The translations under genes were made by a program, and so were the position numbers. A stretch of 64,000 nucleotides of DNA from contig NW_020846920.1 in the NCBI RefSeq assembly GCF_003704095.1, positions 1 to 64,000 on the forward strand, read 5' to 3'. Positions 1 through 13,600 of the stretch are shown one piece after another. How positions within the stretch are numbered: the first letter of the stretch is position 1; every line of letters begins with the position of its first letter. The stretch comes from Pocillopora damicornis (Eukaryota). Under the pieces are notes generated by a model that made no database searches, was not told the origin of the DNA, and saw nothing but the letters and a program-made list of their open reading frames with translations.

Positions 1-279
1 TATATGATTGAACCCACGATATTTTCAAAGACCCATTAAAAGACAATATTGTCAACGTTTACGTAGCCTTAACCATTCAATTTCATTGAGGTTTTAATTT
101 GCAACGGTTTCTTCGCATTTTCCTAAAATTTTTCTTACATTTGGACTTTTTTCCACCCTTACCGTGACTTCATGCATAATTTTCTTTACAATACGACTGC
201 TATTAAGGCATACTGATAAGAACTAAACTTGGGTGGTTAGAAACCCTTATCAGCCGATTACAGATAGCGGTTTTCGTTA

Positions 280-1703
280 ACCGATTTTCTGGGAGGTGTT
301 TTTTCATATTGTTATTACAGGCCTGATGATATCTCCCGTCACTTGCTGTTTAGAATTTTGTTGACGTCATGAGAATACGAGGGGGAAGGTAAAAGGGAAA
401 ACAAACCCCAAAGGCCTCGATATGCAATGGCCATAAAATTGTTTCTTTTCGCCTCCGTTCACCAGAACGTCAGTAAATTCTTGTCTTAGACAAAGCCCAG
501 ATCGTGAGCACACACTAACTTACGCCTCACGGCTTGATACCTTTTACGTGCACTCAAGGACCGCCTAATGCGAGAAAAATCACAATGGGGTGGTTCATAA
601 ATGTCAGGGTGTTATGACGGATATTGAAACCACTTCGAGAAAACAAGACTAGGAAACGCAAAACGCAAAAAAAGGAAATATTTGATAACGCCCTTCTGAA
701 AACGGTCGGTGTTTTGGAACAACGGTTAAAGGCTGGGAAATTGTGTCCTTTTCTCTCTCTCTTTACCAGAGCGGTGTTCATGTCTTTTGTAGACAAAAGC
801 GCAGTTAATGGACAAGTTTGGTACCGTTACTGTTAGGGAGTGGCACTACGAGAAGCAACTATCAGTGAGTGAATGTGTTCTTTGTACGGTTTTCAGCAGA
901 TGACAGATAGGGTATTGCTTTGACCGATTTTCTGCGTGGTGTTCTTTTGTCTAATTGTAATTACAGGCCTGATGAAATCTACTGTCACTTATTGCTTCAA
1001 ATCAGTTACGCAAAGCAGCGTACTCACCAGGGACTTGTTAAACCCCTATATTTTTTCGAGCGACAACCGCAATGTGTGTGCAGAATTTAAAGACAGTAGA
1101 GATCGATCATATTTTTCACGATCTAATGATTGCCATTAGCAGAATAATATAATAAAGAGGTTTTAATGTCATATTGTAATATGATAAAGAAATATTATGA
1201 AGTGACGTGATTTATTGGAAAATATCAAGATGTAATTTTTTGCATACTCGGATATATAGATCGATAGGAGTAATAAATTTAAAAACATCCCTATCGGAAA
1301 TACAGACGACATCATTTTCTTCTCTCTTTTACCTTCTGCATGTTCCTCTCTCCCTCTCTGTTCACAGGACCTTGTTTAAGTCGAGGGGGTGTATAAGTCC
1401 TGAGAGCCCCCCAGGATAAAAATTTGTTGGGTACCCCCCTTTGGTAGTTAAAAGCCCAGATTATGGACAAGGTTGCTGCCGCTACTGTTAGGGAGTGGCA
1501 CTGCGATAAGCAACTATCAGTGAGTGATGTTTGTAATTTTACTTTACAGATTGATATCTCTTGCGTGGACATACTAGGACCGCCCAAGGCGAGGAAAAAA
1601 AATGCAATGCATTGGTATTATTGTAAGGTGGTAATATCAACCACTTCGAAAAACAAGACTAGGAAAAAATTATGAAACGCTTTCTAACGCCGCTCTCAAA
1701 ACG
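280..1703 (+). repeat. Degenerate local duplications of exon-like units upstream of the transposase
   Basis: 280-355 resembles 923-1000, 558-705 resembles 1577-1703, and 793-871 resembles 1448-1527. Two 72-nt units (793-864, 1448-1519) are each flanked by TAG and GTGAGT and encode TKAQLMDKFGTVTVREWHYEKQLS and LKAQIMDKVAAATVREWHCDKQLS. Confidence 0.7.
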
Positions 1704-1939
1704 AAACCAAAGGGAAACAACTCAATACTCTTTCGGCAAAAGGCTAGTATAGGAAATCACACTCCTCATTGTAGGAAGTGGTTTCGGCCAAGTAAGATCG
1801 CTCCTAAACCGTCCTGAACCGTCATGAGACTGTTTCTTTATTCATCCTTTTGCAGTTTCCTGTCGTTACGGTTCAACACGATGAACACTTGGAATGTCTT
1901 GAGGTGTCTTTAACTGGCTTTTTTCTTATTACATGTGAA

Positions 1940-4815
1940 AAGCAGCGACAGTATTCAGCTTGGTCCACGTGCAGCGAATTACGTGAGTCAACTTGTTAAT
2001 GAGTTCAGAGCAAACCCGACTGGAAGTCAATTTGACAAGTGATTTGCCCTCCACGCAGAGGAGAGGACCCGGTCAATTTTTTTTACCCCAAAATATTCAT
2101 CTGGTGTCCAATAGGTCATTACGGATTGAAAATAAATTGTCCCCTTCACGGTAGCCCATTGACACCTGGATTCTTTACGGATGAAGTTGATAAAAAAAGT
2201 CCAAGGAATCCTCGCTTAGTCTACGATTTACGTGGAAACCTGTTACTCATTCAGAGAATGTATACTTGCCACTTCAAAGGATCGACACATCGGTACTTGT
2301 CAGCCAGCGAGCAAATACTTGCAAGCATTCCTCGGATCCACAGACAGAGTTTTTTTCCAGTAGTGTTGTATAGATCGGCATGTACAAAACAATTAGTAGA
2401 TTTGGTAGAGATGCAAATACTCCAGGGCGTAAGTTTCCTTAAAATCAGCGAGGGACTTGCCGCCTTAAACTATAAAGAATTCTGTGAGCGTTCAGAGTGT
2501 TCTTCCCTGGTCTCAAGCTCCTCTGGATCATCTGAGGATGAATTATATCAACAATTCTATAAGGATACCATGTAATCATTTCCCAGTAACGACTACTTAA
2601 TGTGTTTATTTCTATCGGATTTTCAAACTAAGCAATCACTGTATGAGAAGGAAATGAAGAAATGTGTATTAGGAAGCAGGATAATTTCATGCGACCACAC
2701 CTTCAGGGTTAGCAAGTTTATTGGAGCAAGGAGGACCACTGACAATAAATTTGTGAAACAATTTGAAAATCTTTTCATAGTTTTAAACGAAAACCACCAG
2801 ATTATTGGATGGCGGTTAATTACGTCGACATCTTTTGAGGAAATCCGCTCGTTACTACAGGAATTAAAACAGGAGATAGATGTAACCCGTGTTATCGTAG
2901 ATGACTGCTGTAAAGTAGGATCACTTTATCAGTCGGTATTTCCTGACGTGGAGGTCAAACTCGACTTATTCCACGCGGTACAACGAGTAACGAAAACAAT
3001 TTCCAAAGGGAACAGAATTGTCAAAAAAGTTTTCTAAAGAATTTGGGATGATATTCCGAGCCAGAGAAGATTCTAGTGAAGTCCGTAAAATGCCCACACC
3101 TCATCCGGAAGTCATGATAGAAAATTTAGAAAACTTTGTGAAAAGATGGCAAACGTTTCTGAATGAAGATAACATGGAACGAACTTTGACTGAAATCGAC
3201 CATTTACGTCGACGCATAAGGAAGGGTTGCTTGTCTGACTTAAATCCGGGCGAAGGCACAGAATCTAACGAAAGCCTTCATCACGTCTTGAACAGATCAC
3301 TGCTGTGTGGTGCTACCACAATAGGCCCAGAATTAGCAATTGCTGTTATCACTCCTTTATTCTAGAGCATTAACTGTAAGCAGAGAGGTACAAAACATTG
3401 CAGAAACTCGCGAATAGTCCCATTCATTCCCCTCATCAAGCATGGATCAGAAGACAGTGATTTAAATGAATACATGGCAGGTGCACATCTCGGGTCAGAT
3501 ATCCCAGAACAGGTACAGTTGGATTGTGTGTGGAACACTAATGGTGCTAATAACAACGCTGATACAGTAACCAACAGCATTTCTCAGGATGAGATAGTTG
3601 TCATTGGCGATGTACAGGACATGTGTAATGAAACTGTCACCAAATTACTATTAAAGAACATGACACAATTACGAAGTATCTTAGAAAACATCAATAAAGA
3701 CAGTCAAGACCGATGTTTCAATGCATACGATGTGCCACTCATGCAGCTCAGCAGTGTAAAACAAACTTTAATCACAGATGAAGACGTTTCACAAAACACT
3801 GATGTCAACCATCGTCAATTGCTTCTAAAACATCTCGCTTCCTTCAATTTACGTATAGACCCAGTCAGTGGAGATGGTGATTGTGCCTTCAGAAGCATCA
3901 TTGTGCAAGTTCAAAAAACCCAGGAGTGGAATGACGAGGAATCAGCTCTCCGTCTTCACTGCCTTAAACTGCGACTAGGAAAAAGTATCAATGAAGATGT
4001 GTTCCATCTCCGACAACTTTTCGTTGATAGCGTTCAAAGCAACGACTACTACCAAATGCTAACCGGAATTCCTATTTCTGACATGAATGCTGAAACAGAA
4101 AGATTTCGGGATCAGAATTCATTCTGTGGTGATGTAGGAGATTTGGTTATAAAAGTTTGTTCTGATCTTCTCCGAATACCCATTATTGTCGTCACTAGTC
4201 TCAATGGCACTCCATTTGTCCCCTTCATTCCTGATGACGCTGTCACTGACCGAGCCATCTACATAGGGTATACTGCTTTTGGTCCAGGACACTACGATGG
4301 GACGGCCGTAAATGAAGCCAACATTGGTAAGATTTTTGGCCTCTAGCAGAATTTTCAAAACTATCAAATTTTACAAGCCAATCAATAAGCGCTATTAGTC
4401 TACAACTTTTTTCCAACCCTCACCTTCCCCTTCCCTCTCCTCCAAGCTTATTTAATGGGTTACTGCCGTTTTACTTCCCCTTCCCCATGCAGCCTAATTT
4501 CACTTTTTTTTTGTTTTGTTTTTTCTGTTTCCAAGGACTAAACTCAAAAACTACCAATAAAGTATGCTCTTGTGGAAAGAACAATGCCAAGGATAGCGAA
4601 AAGGCGTCTTGTACAAAGGACGACAAGGGACACAGCCATTGTCCCTGCGTGATTTCGGGCATTTTTGTTCCCGCAATTGTAGATGCAAGAGGTGTGAAAA
4701 CTCAACCATGCAAGCTGCTTGCTCTTCTACAAGTGAAGTTGGATACACCATTGATGTTTCCTGCAAATGTGGCCACAACAAAGTAAAATACGATAATAAG
4801 TACATTTCCTGCCGA
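1940..4815 (+). mobile_element. Pseudogenised DNA transposon: DDE transposase (Mutator/KDZ-like) fused to an OTU cysteine protease and CXC-like Cys clusters
   Basis: ORFs 2039-2575, 2600-3037, 3018-3365 and 3474-4346 join into one protein across in-frame stops (2573-2575, 3363-3365) and frameshifts (~2035, ~3015). Transposase-type motifs: SCDHTF, VLNENHQ, IVDDCC, KLDLFHAVQR, GTESNESLH. OTU motifs: SGDGDCAFRSI and GPGHYDG. A phase-1 intron (4327-4535) leads to CSCGKN..C..CPC..C..C.C..CEN (frameshift ~4660) and a second CKCG unit, which runs into the gap at 4816. Superfamily assignment is uncertain. Confidence 0.7.
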
Positions 4816-5217
4816 NNNNNNNNNNNNNNNNNNNNNNNNNNNNNNNNNNNNNNNNNNNNNNNNNNNNNNNNNNNNNNNNNNNNNNNNNNNNNNNNNNNNN
4901 NNNNNNNNNNNNNNNNNNNNNNNNNNNNNNNNNNNNNNNNNNNNNNNNNNNNNNNNNNNNNNNNNNNNNNNNNNNNNNNNNNNNNNNNNNNNNNNNNNNN
5001 NNNNNNNNNNNNNNNNNNNNNNNNNNNNNNNNNNNNNNNNNNNNNNNNNNNNNNNNNNNNNNNNNNNNNNNNNNNNNNNNNNNNNNNNNNNNNNNNNNNN
5101 NNNNNNNNNNNNNNNNNNNNNNNNNNNNNNNNNNNNNNNNNNNNNNNNNNNNNNNNNNNNNNNNNNNNNNNNNNNNNNNNNNNNNNNNNNNNNNNNNNNN
5201 NNNNNNNNNNNNNNNNN
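4816..5217. other. Assembly gap (N run); further gaps at 6939-7038, 13532-13689, 13864-13963 and 47614-47713
   Basis: Runs of N in the sequence. Confidence 1.
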
Positions 5218-7065
5218 ATGAAAGACTGTTCAAAGTAACGATTGCAATGTTTCATGTTAAGGGCCGAGCAGTATTCTCGTCCCCACAGTTTCGACTGGAT
5301 CCTTTTGGTCAGTGTCGGTGATTGAGAGCTGTCTCTGACGAAAAGTCGAAGAGAGAAACTTGAAGCTCTGTTGTGTGTGACGTCACTCATTTCAGTCAAT
5401 TCCCCGTAATTCTTTATTGTGGGAAGAAGAGGTTGAAGAGGGTTTCTGAGTGATTTGAATTGGTCATTTAAGTAAAAGGAGTTATGAAAGAAGTGCAAAT
5501 TCACCTTTGACGTCAGTAAAATATATGACAGAAGTCACGCGTCAAGGTAATTTTAAAAACCTCATTTCACGAAATATTGGTAATAAAAACTAAAAATTTG
5601 AACTGGCTTTCTAGGATATAAAAACGTTTTGAATAAAAAGTTTGGAGTTTCTGTTTCTGTTTAGCTCTGTTTCTGACTGATGGAGTTCTGTTTAAGCTGA
5701 GACGTTTTATGGCTGTGAAAATAAAGCTTATTGTTGTTGTTGTTCTTGTATGTTGACAGACCAGTATATAATTCAGCCGACTTAGACTGAGTATCAGGCC
5801 TTCGCAACCTTATCTCTTCCCCCTTTCGCCCAGAACCGCCTAATACTCAAAATTAAAGCGGACATGGCACGATGAAGCTTTAGGTATGAAGAAGTACGTT
5901 AACTCGACCAAAGGTGAAGAAATGTAAGAATAAGAAATCACACCATACGAAAAGACGTTATCGAAGCCACCTTTAAATCACTTTTCCCTGTCTATATCAA
6001 AGCCTTTGATCCTTAGGTATATTATGGTAGAACTGTATCTATTGGTTGAGATTTGAGGCACTTTCGGGCTATAAAAGTTCAGCTATTCCACACTTGGTAG
6101 TATTGTTCGGCTAGAGTGGTGTACTATGTTGAAAGACAAGCCCTGTTGGTGGGTTCCCTAGTATTAACATGCGCAAAGATGTAGTTCAAGAGGGTCCAGT
6201 GGTGCCTAACCCTGACCCAAAAGAATGACATATCTTTGTTTCCCGCAACCAATTATGAAAGACCTTCCGAACAGCTCCTACAATACTCGTTCATGACATC
6301 ACCCATTATTATAACCAGTTAAAAAAGTAAGTTCCAGCAAACAAAATAAGTGAGTTCCTCCATATGTAGTGGGCGTCTCTCTTATACAATAGGAATATTG
6401 GCTTGCCCGCTCTATACCCACCTGATTGACTCATGTAGAGACTATTACGTGTTCAAACTGAAGGCGAGCTCTCCATTCAGCAAGTTTAATAGAGCGCTAC
6501 ACCTCTGTTAGCGATTGATGAAGTAGAGAAAGTCCAGCGCTGCGCTGCGACTGCCCTCTGAATTTTTGGCATTGCTTGTGTCTTGGGTTTCTTGTCATCT
6601 TATTACATTGCCTTCCGATCCAGCCCAGATCTAGTTTCCAGTCCTGTTTTTGGGTGCTTGGCCACTATATTTCGCGTTATACTACGCATTAAAAATGTTT
6701 TTACAAGCTTAATTACATCAATTCCGTCCAGTGAATGCCTTTAGTTGTAAAAAATGTCCAAGTTTGAAAAGACAATGGTGTCATCGGAAAACTGTTATAA
6801 GCCACCTTAAATCGACAATGATAACTAATATAAAAGAGAAGGCCCTTCAGGCGTTTTCTAGTATTCGGAAGCAGACACGACAGTTCTTAATAAACTTAAT
6901 CTTCATACCGCATCCCAAATTCTTGACACAATCATATTNNNNNNNNNNNNNNNNNNNNNNNNNNNNNNNNNNNNNNNNNNNNNNNNNNNNNNNNNNNNNN
7001 NNNNNNNNNNNNNNNNNNNNNNNNNNNNNNNNNNNNNNAAATATCGATAATGTCGGCCCATGTCC

Positions 7066-7180
7066 GTAGTCGGTTAATTTTTTTTCTGTCGGTAGTCGGT
7101 AATTTTTTTCTCGTTTTGTCGGTAGTCGGTAGTATTTTTCGCCCTTTGTCGCTAGTCGGTTAATCCCATTCACAACCTCA
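7066..7180. repeat. Short imperfect tandem array (gtcggtagtcggtaattttt), probably the subterminal region of a non-autonomous element
   Basis: About four copies of a ~25-30 bp unit next to a gap. Confidence 0.5.
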
Positions 7181-7696
7181 TATTTGTTTAGTTGTCGTTA
7201 CAAGCTTAAACTAGAACCCAGACCTCACGGTATGAAAGTCCCCATTATAGTATATTTTTATCTTATTAAATATAGAGTTATTATTAAAAGTTATCAAATG
7301 TAACTTTCGTAAAGCCTCCAGCAAACTTCTTAACTTTTTGCCGAAAACCTATAAATTGTTGAGTCTGCGCTCGGGTTGCCTTCGAATACTTTCCAGGCAA
7401 ACGAGGAACACGACGTTCCTTTTAGCCGGAATTCCATTCCATGGATTTCGCGAAGTAAATAGATGTTTTTATAATTTTTTAGGATCCTTGTTAAGAGATT
7501 TTTCTCAAGAACAACGAACGAGATATCTATAAATAAAGAAAATGCCCTTTTTTTCCTTTTATAACTAGCGTTACTTTGTAACGCTAAGGTAAACATTACG
7601 CGCTCCGATGATCCACGCATCCAAGCTATTTTTGAAGCCGGTTACGTATTGCGGACGTATATTATTCAGACAGATCTCGTGACTTGAGGATCCAAA

Positions 7697-10600
7697 ATGG
7701 CAGAATGTTGCAAGGTGGCTTTCAAGGTCTTCGCCATTTTTTTCGTGCTTTGCTCATTCCAGAAGCTATCATTGGCATCCTACAGACTGACACGTACAGC
7801 TTACGATGAGATTTTTAAAAAGTTAGGTGTCTCTCTTGAGTCACTTCCAAATATCTCTTTCACTTTGAACGTTTCCGAGGAATGCAAGGAAACTCTGACG
7901 AATCTGCCCTCAAAGCCTGACTTTACACAATGTGAGTATGGATAGCGTGTTAAGTTTATAAAAAAGCACAACCATTGTGTCATCTTGTTTGTGCACGGTG
8001 AACTGAAAAGTTAAATTAAGCTTTCACGAGTCGCTAAGTCAAAAATACCGCTTCCTGTCGCCGATGTCACGAAAACGTGAACAAAGGCCATATCAAACTT
8101 AGGATCTAAGATGCATCCTAACTTTCTTCACTCAAGAAGCTCTTTTCTCTAAAATGATTTTTTTTTTCGTGAAGACTTGTGTGGCGTTAAGATAGATGTA
8201 AGCACTCGGAGTTTGAAGCAGAATCATGAATTAAGAATCAAAGCGATTAGATTAGAAGGAATCGTGAATTTTCGTGTTTAAAACTTGGTACTCGTGAATT
8301 AATAGATATGTTAAAATGTAACATGAAATTTGGAAAAAAGTTGCTGACAAATCATGAAGCATTGCGCCAAAAAAAGACATGACTCATAAGTCTCGAGGTC
8401 AAACGAATACATGTTTACCCGGCATTTATAATCCTTTAGTGTTGATCGGCGATCGCCAAGCGATTGTTTCATTTCGTACGTCATTCTTGAGGCGACCAAT
8501 TAAGAATTTAGTGCCCTCCATTTCAGGGCTACTTAATGTAATCAGAAGCAGACGAAGGTATCACTAAAGAAATGGAAGGCAGGAAATTTGTCTCGGAATC
8601 TTCTTCTGTCATTTCATTCTCATTTTTGTTCCGGCGAAATACGCAACCAGTTGTTGCGTGACAATTATTCAATTTTACTTCAATGAAGACAATGTTGATC
8701 CGCTCATTAATTTATCGCGGTCTTGATTTTACGCCGATGCCTTTAAAATGCGTCAAACATTGTTTAATTTGTTAAATCATGATTGCATTTTGGTGTTAAA
8801 AAAACAAATGTTTTCAATGGCTACTCAGTAAGAAAGACATTGCTTGCGGGGACACATAAGAGGGGGTCACGCATTGTTGCTTTTGTGAGATGGTCTGTCA
8901 ATATGGCAAGTGCTGGAAACCAATCCATCATATCAAAGCGTCCTATGATGGAGTGGACCTTGGCAGACGAATATTATCACTTCGAAGGCTTTTCTTAGTT
9001 GTTTTTGTTGTATTACGTGACCAGAGAAACTGTGTAAAGGACACTGAACTCGAAACGTCACTTAAGGTCATCACGTCGAAAAGGATTACACAGATTGTAG
9101 TCGCAAATTTCGTTAAATCGACAAAACAAAACCAGACTAATCGATTCAAAACACGAAGCGAAGAAAAGCAAAGCCATCGAAGCGGTGAAAAAAAAACCAC
9201 TACGACTGAAATAGTCTTCAACCAACGTAGAAATAAACCTGAACTGACGAAAAATAATCAACCGAGACACAACACACAAATGCAAAATAAAACCAAACAT
9301 ATTGAACGAAGAAAGAACACAATATGAGACTAATTACAAGAACTACAAGAACGCCAAGACTAAAGCTTAGCAAAAACAAAAAACACGAACAAAGACAATG
9401 ATGTAATCCTGGCGCCTAATCAGAGAATGATACCAGTAAACAGAAGTGTAAATTGATTTTTTATTTCTTTAGACCTAGATGCCCTTGGTAAACCTCAAAG
9501 TGGATTTCTATTGGGAAATTTTGGTTGGTTAGGATCCTATAGTGAATGCACAAAGACCATCAGTGATGCACACTATTGCCTAGCTTACATCTCATTAAAT
9601 AAGGTGAAGTGTTTACAGATTGTTGATCCAAGATACTTAAGAGATGCAACTTCTGTTTGTTGTTTTTGTTGTTGTGACTGCTGAATTACACTTTCTCCCT
9701 ATGAACTGAAATAGCTAAATGGACGTACATCATCAAAACTCGGAAAGAAGAAAGAGTTGCAACCAACCAACCTCATCAGCGTTTTATTAGAATTCTTCTA
9801 TGGTACTAATTTTTCTGATTGTTTTTTTTCCCTTTTTCACGAAGACTGTGCCCATACATTGGGGTGTCTGTGCGCCAAAACAATGCAGTGAAGAGGATGT
9901 AACGAAAGCTCTACAAGAAATCTTTACAGGTAAACACATGTTCAGTGTCGTTTCCTTCGATGAAGGTCCGCGTATAGATTTTGACTGAGTTATGTTTAAA
10001 ACATGAAGTAGAGAGATAGCAAAATACCAACTACATCCACAGCTGTAATGCTGATGTGTGATCAGTGTCTAGGTTTTACCCGGGCCAAGTGGCCACCTAA
10101 GTGAACTTATCTCGGTTTACTTAGCATGAAGTAACTTGTGACTTGAGGTAGCACTACTCTCCCCTGGATGGGATGTTAGTCCGTCGCGCGGTTACCCTCC
10201 AGCATTTTAGCAGGCTTCCCTTACGATTCGCCGGTATCCTTTTTATACTCTTCGGGGGGAGGGGCACTGTGAGAATAACGGGTCTTGCCTAAGAACACAA
10301 CACATTGACCTGACCAGGTCCTGAACCGGAGTCCAGCGCACTAACCATTAGCCTTCTACATCTCTCACTTGATCAGTGTTTACATACTCTTCTTTACCCA
10401 GCAAGCGATAGCCAACTACAACTAAACAATGGTGAGGATTTGTACGATCTTAAGTGAAACCAGGTTCGACACGAGCTCGTTCTTAATTGTATGAACTGCC
10501 AAGAAGTGAAAAAGAATATAGAATATTTGTTTTTCAATTAGTCCTAGGAATTTGTTTTAATTTTTCCAAAATATTATTACTTCTTTGTTATTATTTAAAT

Positions 10601-13600
10601 CATCATCAGCTGTCCATATAACAGTGTATCGAAGTTGCACAGAGAACCTAAGTAAGTGTATTGATGCTGCTTGGAATGAAAAGATTAAGGCCTAAAGGGT
10701 AAATGACGTAGAAAACAAGATTAATTGAAGAAACACATACACTCTAACGACAAAATACTCCCCTTTTCAGGTGGCAATGAGTCGATCGTGAGCTTGGACC
10801 CTCAGCCAGTCAGTTTCATCGGAGATAAATCCCATAAGAAACCTGTTTTCTGTAATAAACCTTCGGAATACACAACGGGAGTAAAGTTAACGCTGTGAGT
10901 ACATATGCTGATTATGATACAAAGATATTCAGTGTAACACTATTAATGACTGCCGCTTTAAAGTGTGCCTTGTTCCCAAAGAGTCACATCTTTTCAGTTA
11001 AGATAATTTATAGCGTAATACTTGAGCCCTCCTCTGACGACTATAGCACTGCTATCAAATTTGTGCAATACTCCTGCAAATCTACCGAATGCAACATAAT
11101 TCCTTTTGCTAATTATGCTTACTGCCAACTAGTAATTTGATGTTGGGCCAGCGCGCGCGATACGTTAAAAACTATACTCACAAGGCCATAGAAAAATTTC
11201 CCAATAGTCTGAGCTTTTGTTCTACATTTAAATTTCTCAAAATCATCGCAGAGTTATACCCCAATTTTGAGTCCTTCCAAATGTATTAAATTTACAAATC
11301 CATGAGAGGTTTGATAACTTTCTTAGACTGCTGTAATATTGTCGAACCTTTTTTTTTTTTACACAAGACGAATTACTATTGATTTTCAATGATACAAGAA
11401 ACTCTAACTCATACCTGACTCTGAATTTGCACGATGTCCTGTAGGTAAGTATTTTTTTTATTCTCTTCATCCTCACAGGATTTTAATTGGCTTAGTCTTG
11501 CTTCTCTGTCTGGTTGGAACCAGCTTGGACATAGCTATTGGCTTTATGAAACCACACTCCACACCTGTCAACAAAAGTGATGGCTTCATGCCGGTCAGAG
11601 GGGCCTCCATGGCAACAGACCATGATACCTTCAGTGACAGCTCAAATCTAATCCACTCTTCCACAGTTTCCTCGAGTTCAAGGCCAATTTTGTCGAGCCT
11701 TCCTCAAGAACCCGCTAAGCCAAGTAGGTATTATGTAAATCAGTGTGCTGTAGTCGTTGAACTTTTATTGCGCTTATTCAACTGTGGATGTAGTGTATCA
11801 ATTCATCCTCTGAGAGTTCTAAATGCTACAGATATTTTTTTGAGAATTGTCTGATCTGCGGGTTGGGTTGCTTCCCATCTTGTTCAAAGTCGCCCACTCC
11901 CCCCCTCACCTTTTCGTCTCGTTGCCTAAAGAACCTTGGGATCATCGGAATTCTCTTTCCTCACCTCATGGAACCATTATGTTTGAGAGGCCAATGAAAT
12001 CGCGTATAACTACTTGTTTTCACACAAAGATCTTTTCCATTGAGAGCTGCGTTGTCTGATGCTAAATAGAAGGTTTCATAAGGCTACGAAGACCACACTT
12101 ACACGACAGTTCTGGACGTTTACAAAGGATTTGTAAGGCTTGAAAAAAAATAATCCGCCAACGAACCAGAATGGAAATCAAATATCGAAAGGATCCTCAA
12201 AGGTGAACCTCACTGATTGAACACGCCGTTGTGTCCAAACACTGAATAATGTTTCCGCGGAAGGAGAAGGAAAATTGTAGACATAAATTTTAGGAAATTC
12301 AGATGTTTTTCTTATCAGCGATTTGAAAATTTTCAGATTGACCGAGAAGAGTGTGGTCGCCTTCCGTTTGAATTTCTGTAGTGGGTTTGCAAAATGTGTT
12401 CACAGAGTGTATTTCCCCGACGAATTTACTGCGACAGTAGACCGTCTGAGAATCATACTAATGTTTATGCAGCACTAAGATATTTACAGTGCGTGTCGCT
12501 GAAATACTCAAGTCGAACCCCTTCAAACTGCAGCCTTTAAAATAGGACAAGTGGCACTCTCTATTACTTAACAAGATTTCTTTGATTTTTTTCCGTAGAT
12601 TTTGTGTCGCGATTCTTGTTATGTTTTTCATGGATCCAAAATACAAATCGTATCATGGATACCAATGTCCCTCCCAGTGCCATCACATCAATTAATGGTA
12701 TGAGAGTGCTAAGCATGTGGTGGGTCATCTTAGGACATCTCTTCTCCGTACAAATGATAACATCTATTAGTAAGTATTTGATTTTGCTTATATTTTGTCT
12801 TCTGTAAAGATACTAATTACACTGATAGTTTCTACATTGCTTTACTTTTCATTTAGCTACTAACGCTATCGGCACTATAATATTAAAGCTATTTGCACTT
12901 TAGTATCAACCCCACTTACAATTCTACTGCTACTACCACCGCTACTATTTAATTTTAACTCTGACTACACTGATACTGTTTGAACGCTAAGTTAGGTTGC
13001 ACTAAGTTACTACTAAATGCTACTGACACTACCATATTGGAGCCACAAACATTACAATACTAGCAACACACAATATCATCACTTCTCGCACAACTTACAT
13101 TACAAGTGTTGATTGCACTAAAATATCTCTGAAACGAATTTAAAAGTTGTTTTTCTCAATCATTATTTTGATCAGTTTTTTCTCTCATATTAATTCTTCA
13201 CCTGTTGTTCCTTTTTCTTTTTCATATCACTTGGTTTATGACGAATGTGGACAACTTGTCTCATCGAGATATTTACGAGCGTCTTGCAACTAACCATATC
13301 AATTTTCTTATTCTGATTTGCTGTAGGTAATTTGAAGTTATTTACGAACATTATTCATCGGTTCACATTCCAAGCGGTTGGCAATGCAACCTTTTCAGTG
13401 GATACTTTCTTTTTCCTCAGGTACGTTCTGCATCTTTTAGTCCTGAAACCATTTTCGAGGTCATCTTAAACCCTGAATAAAATCCAATGTAAACGCATTT
13501 TTGTAAGTTTGTCTCCATATTATGTGTAATTNNNNNNNNNNNNNNNNNNNNNNNNNNNNNNNNNNNNNNNNNNNNNNNNNNNNNNNNNNNNNNNNNNNNN

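Noticed and set aside
4551-5504. Long ORFs spanning N runs (also 6731-7173 and 13703-14164)
   Set aside because: Their length is an artefact of translating through gaps.
7066-7180. CRISPR-like array
   Set aside because: Eukaryotic context, no unique spacers and no cas genes; it is a simple degenerate tandem repeat.
8890-9327. 145-aa K/N/Q/T-rich ORF
   Set aside because: Low-complexity, A-rich intronic sequence with no recognisable domain.
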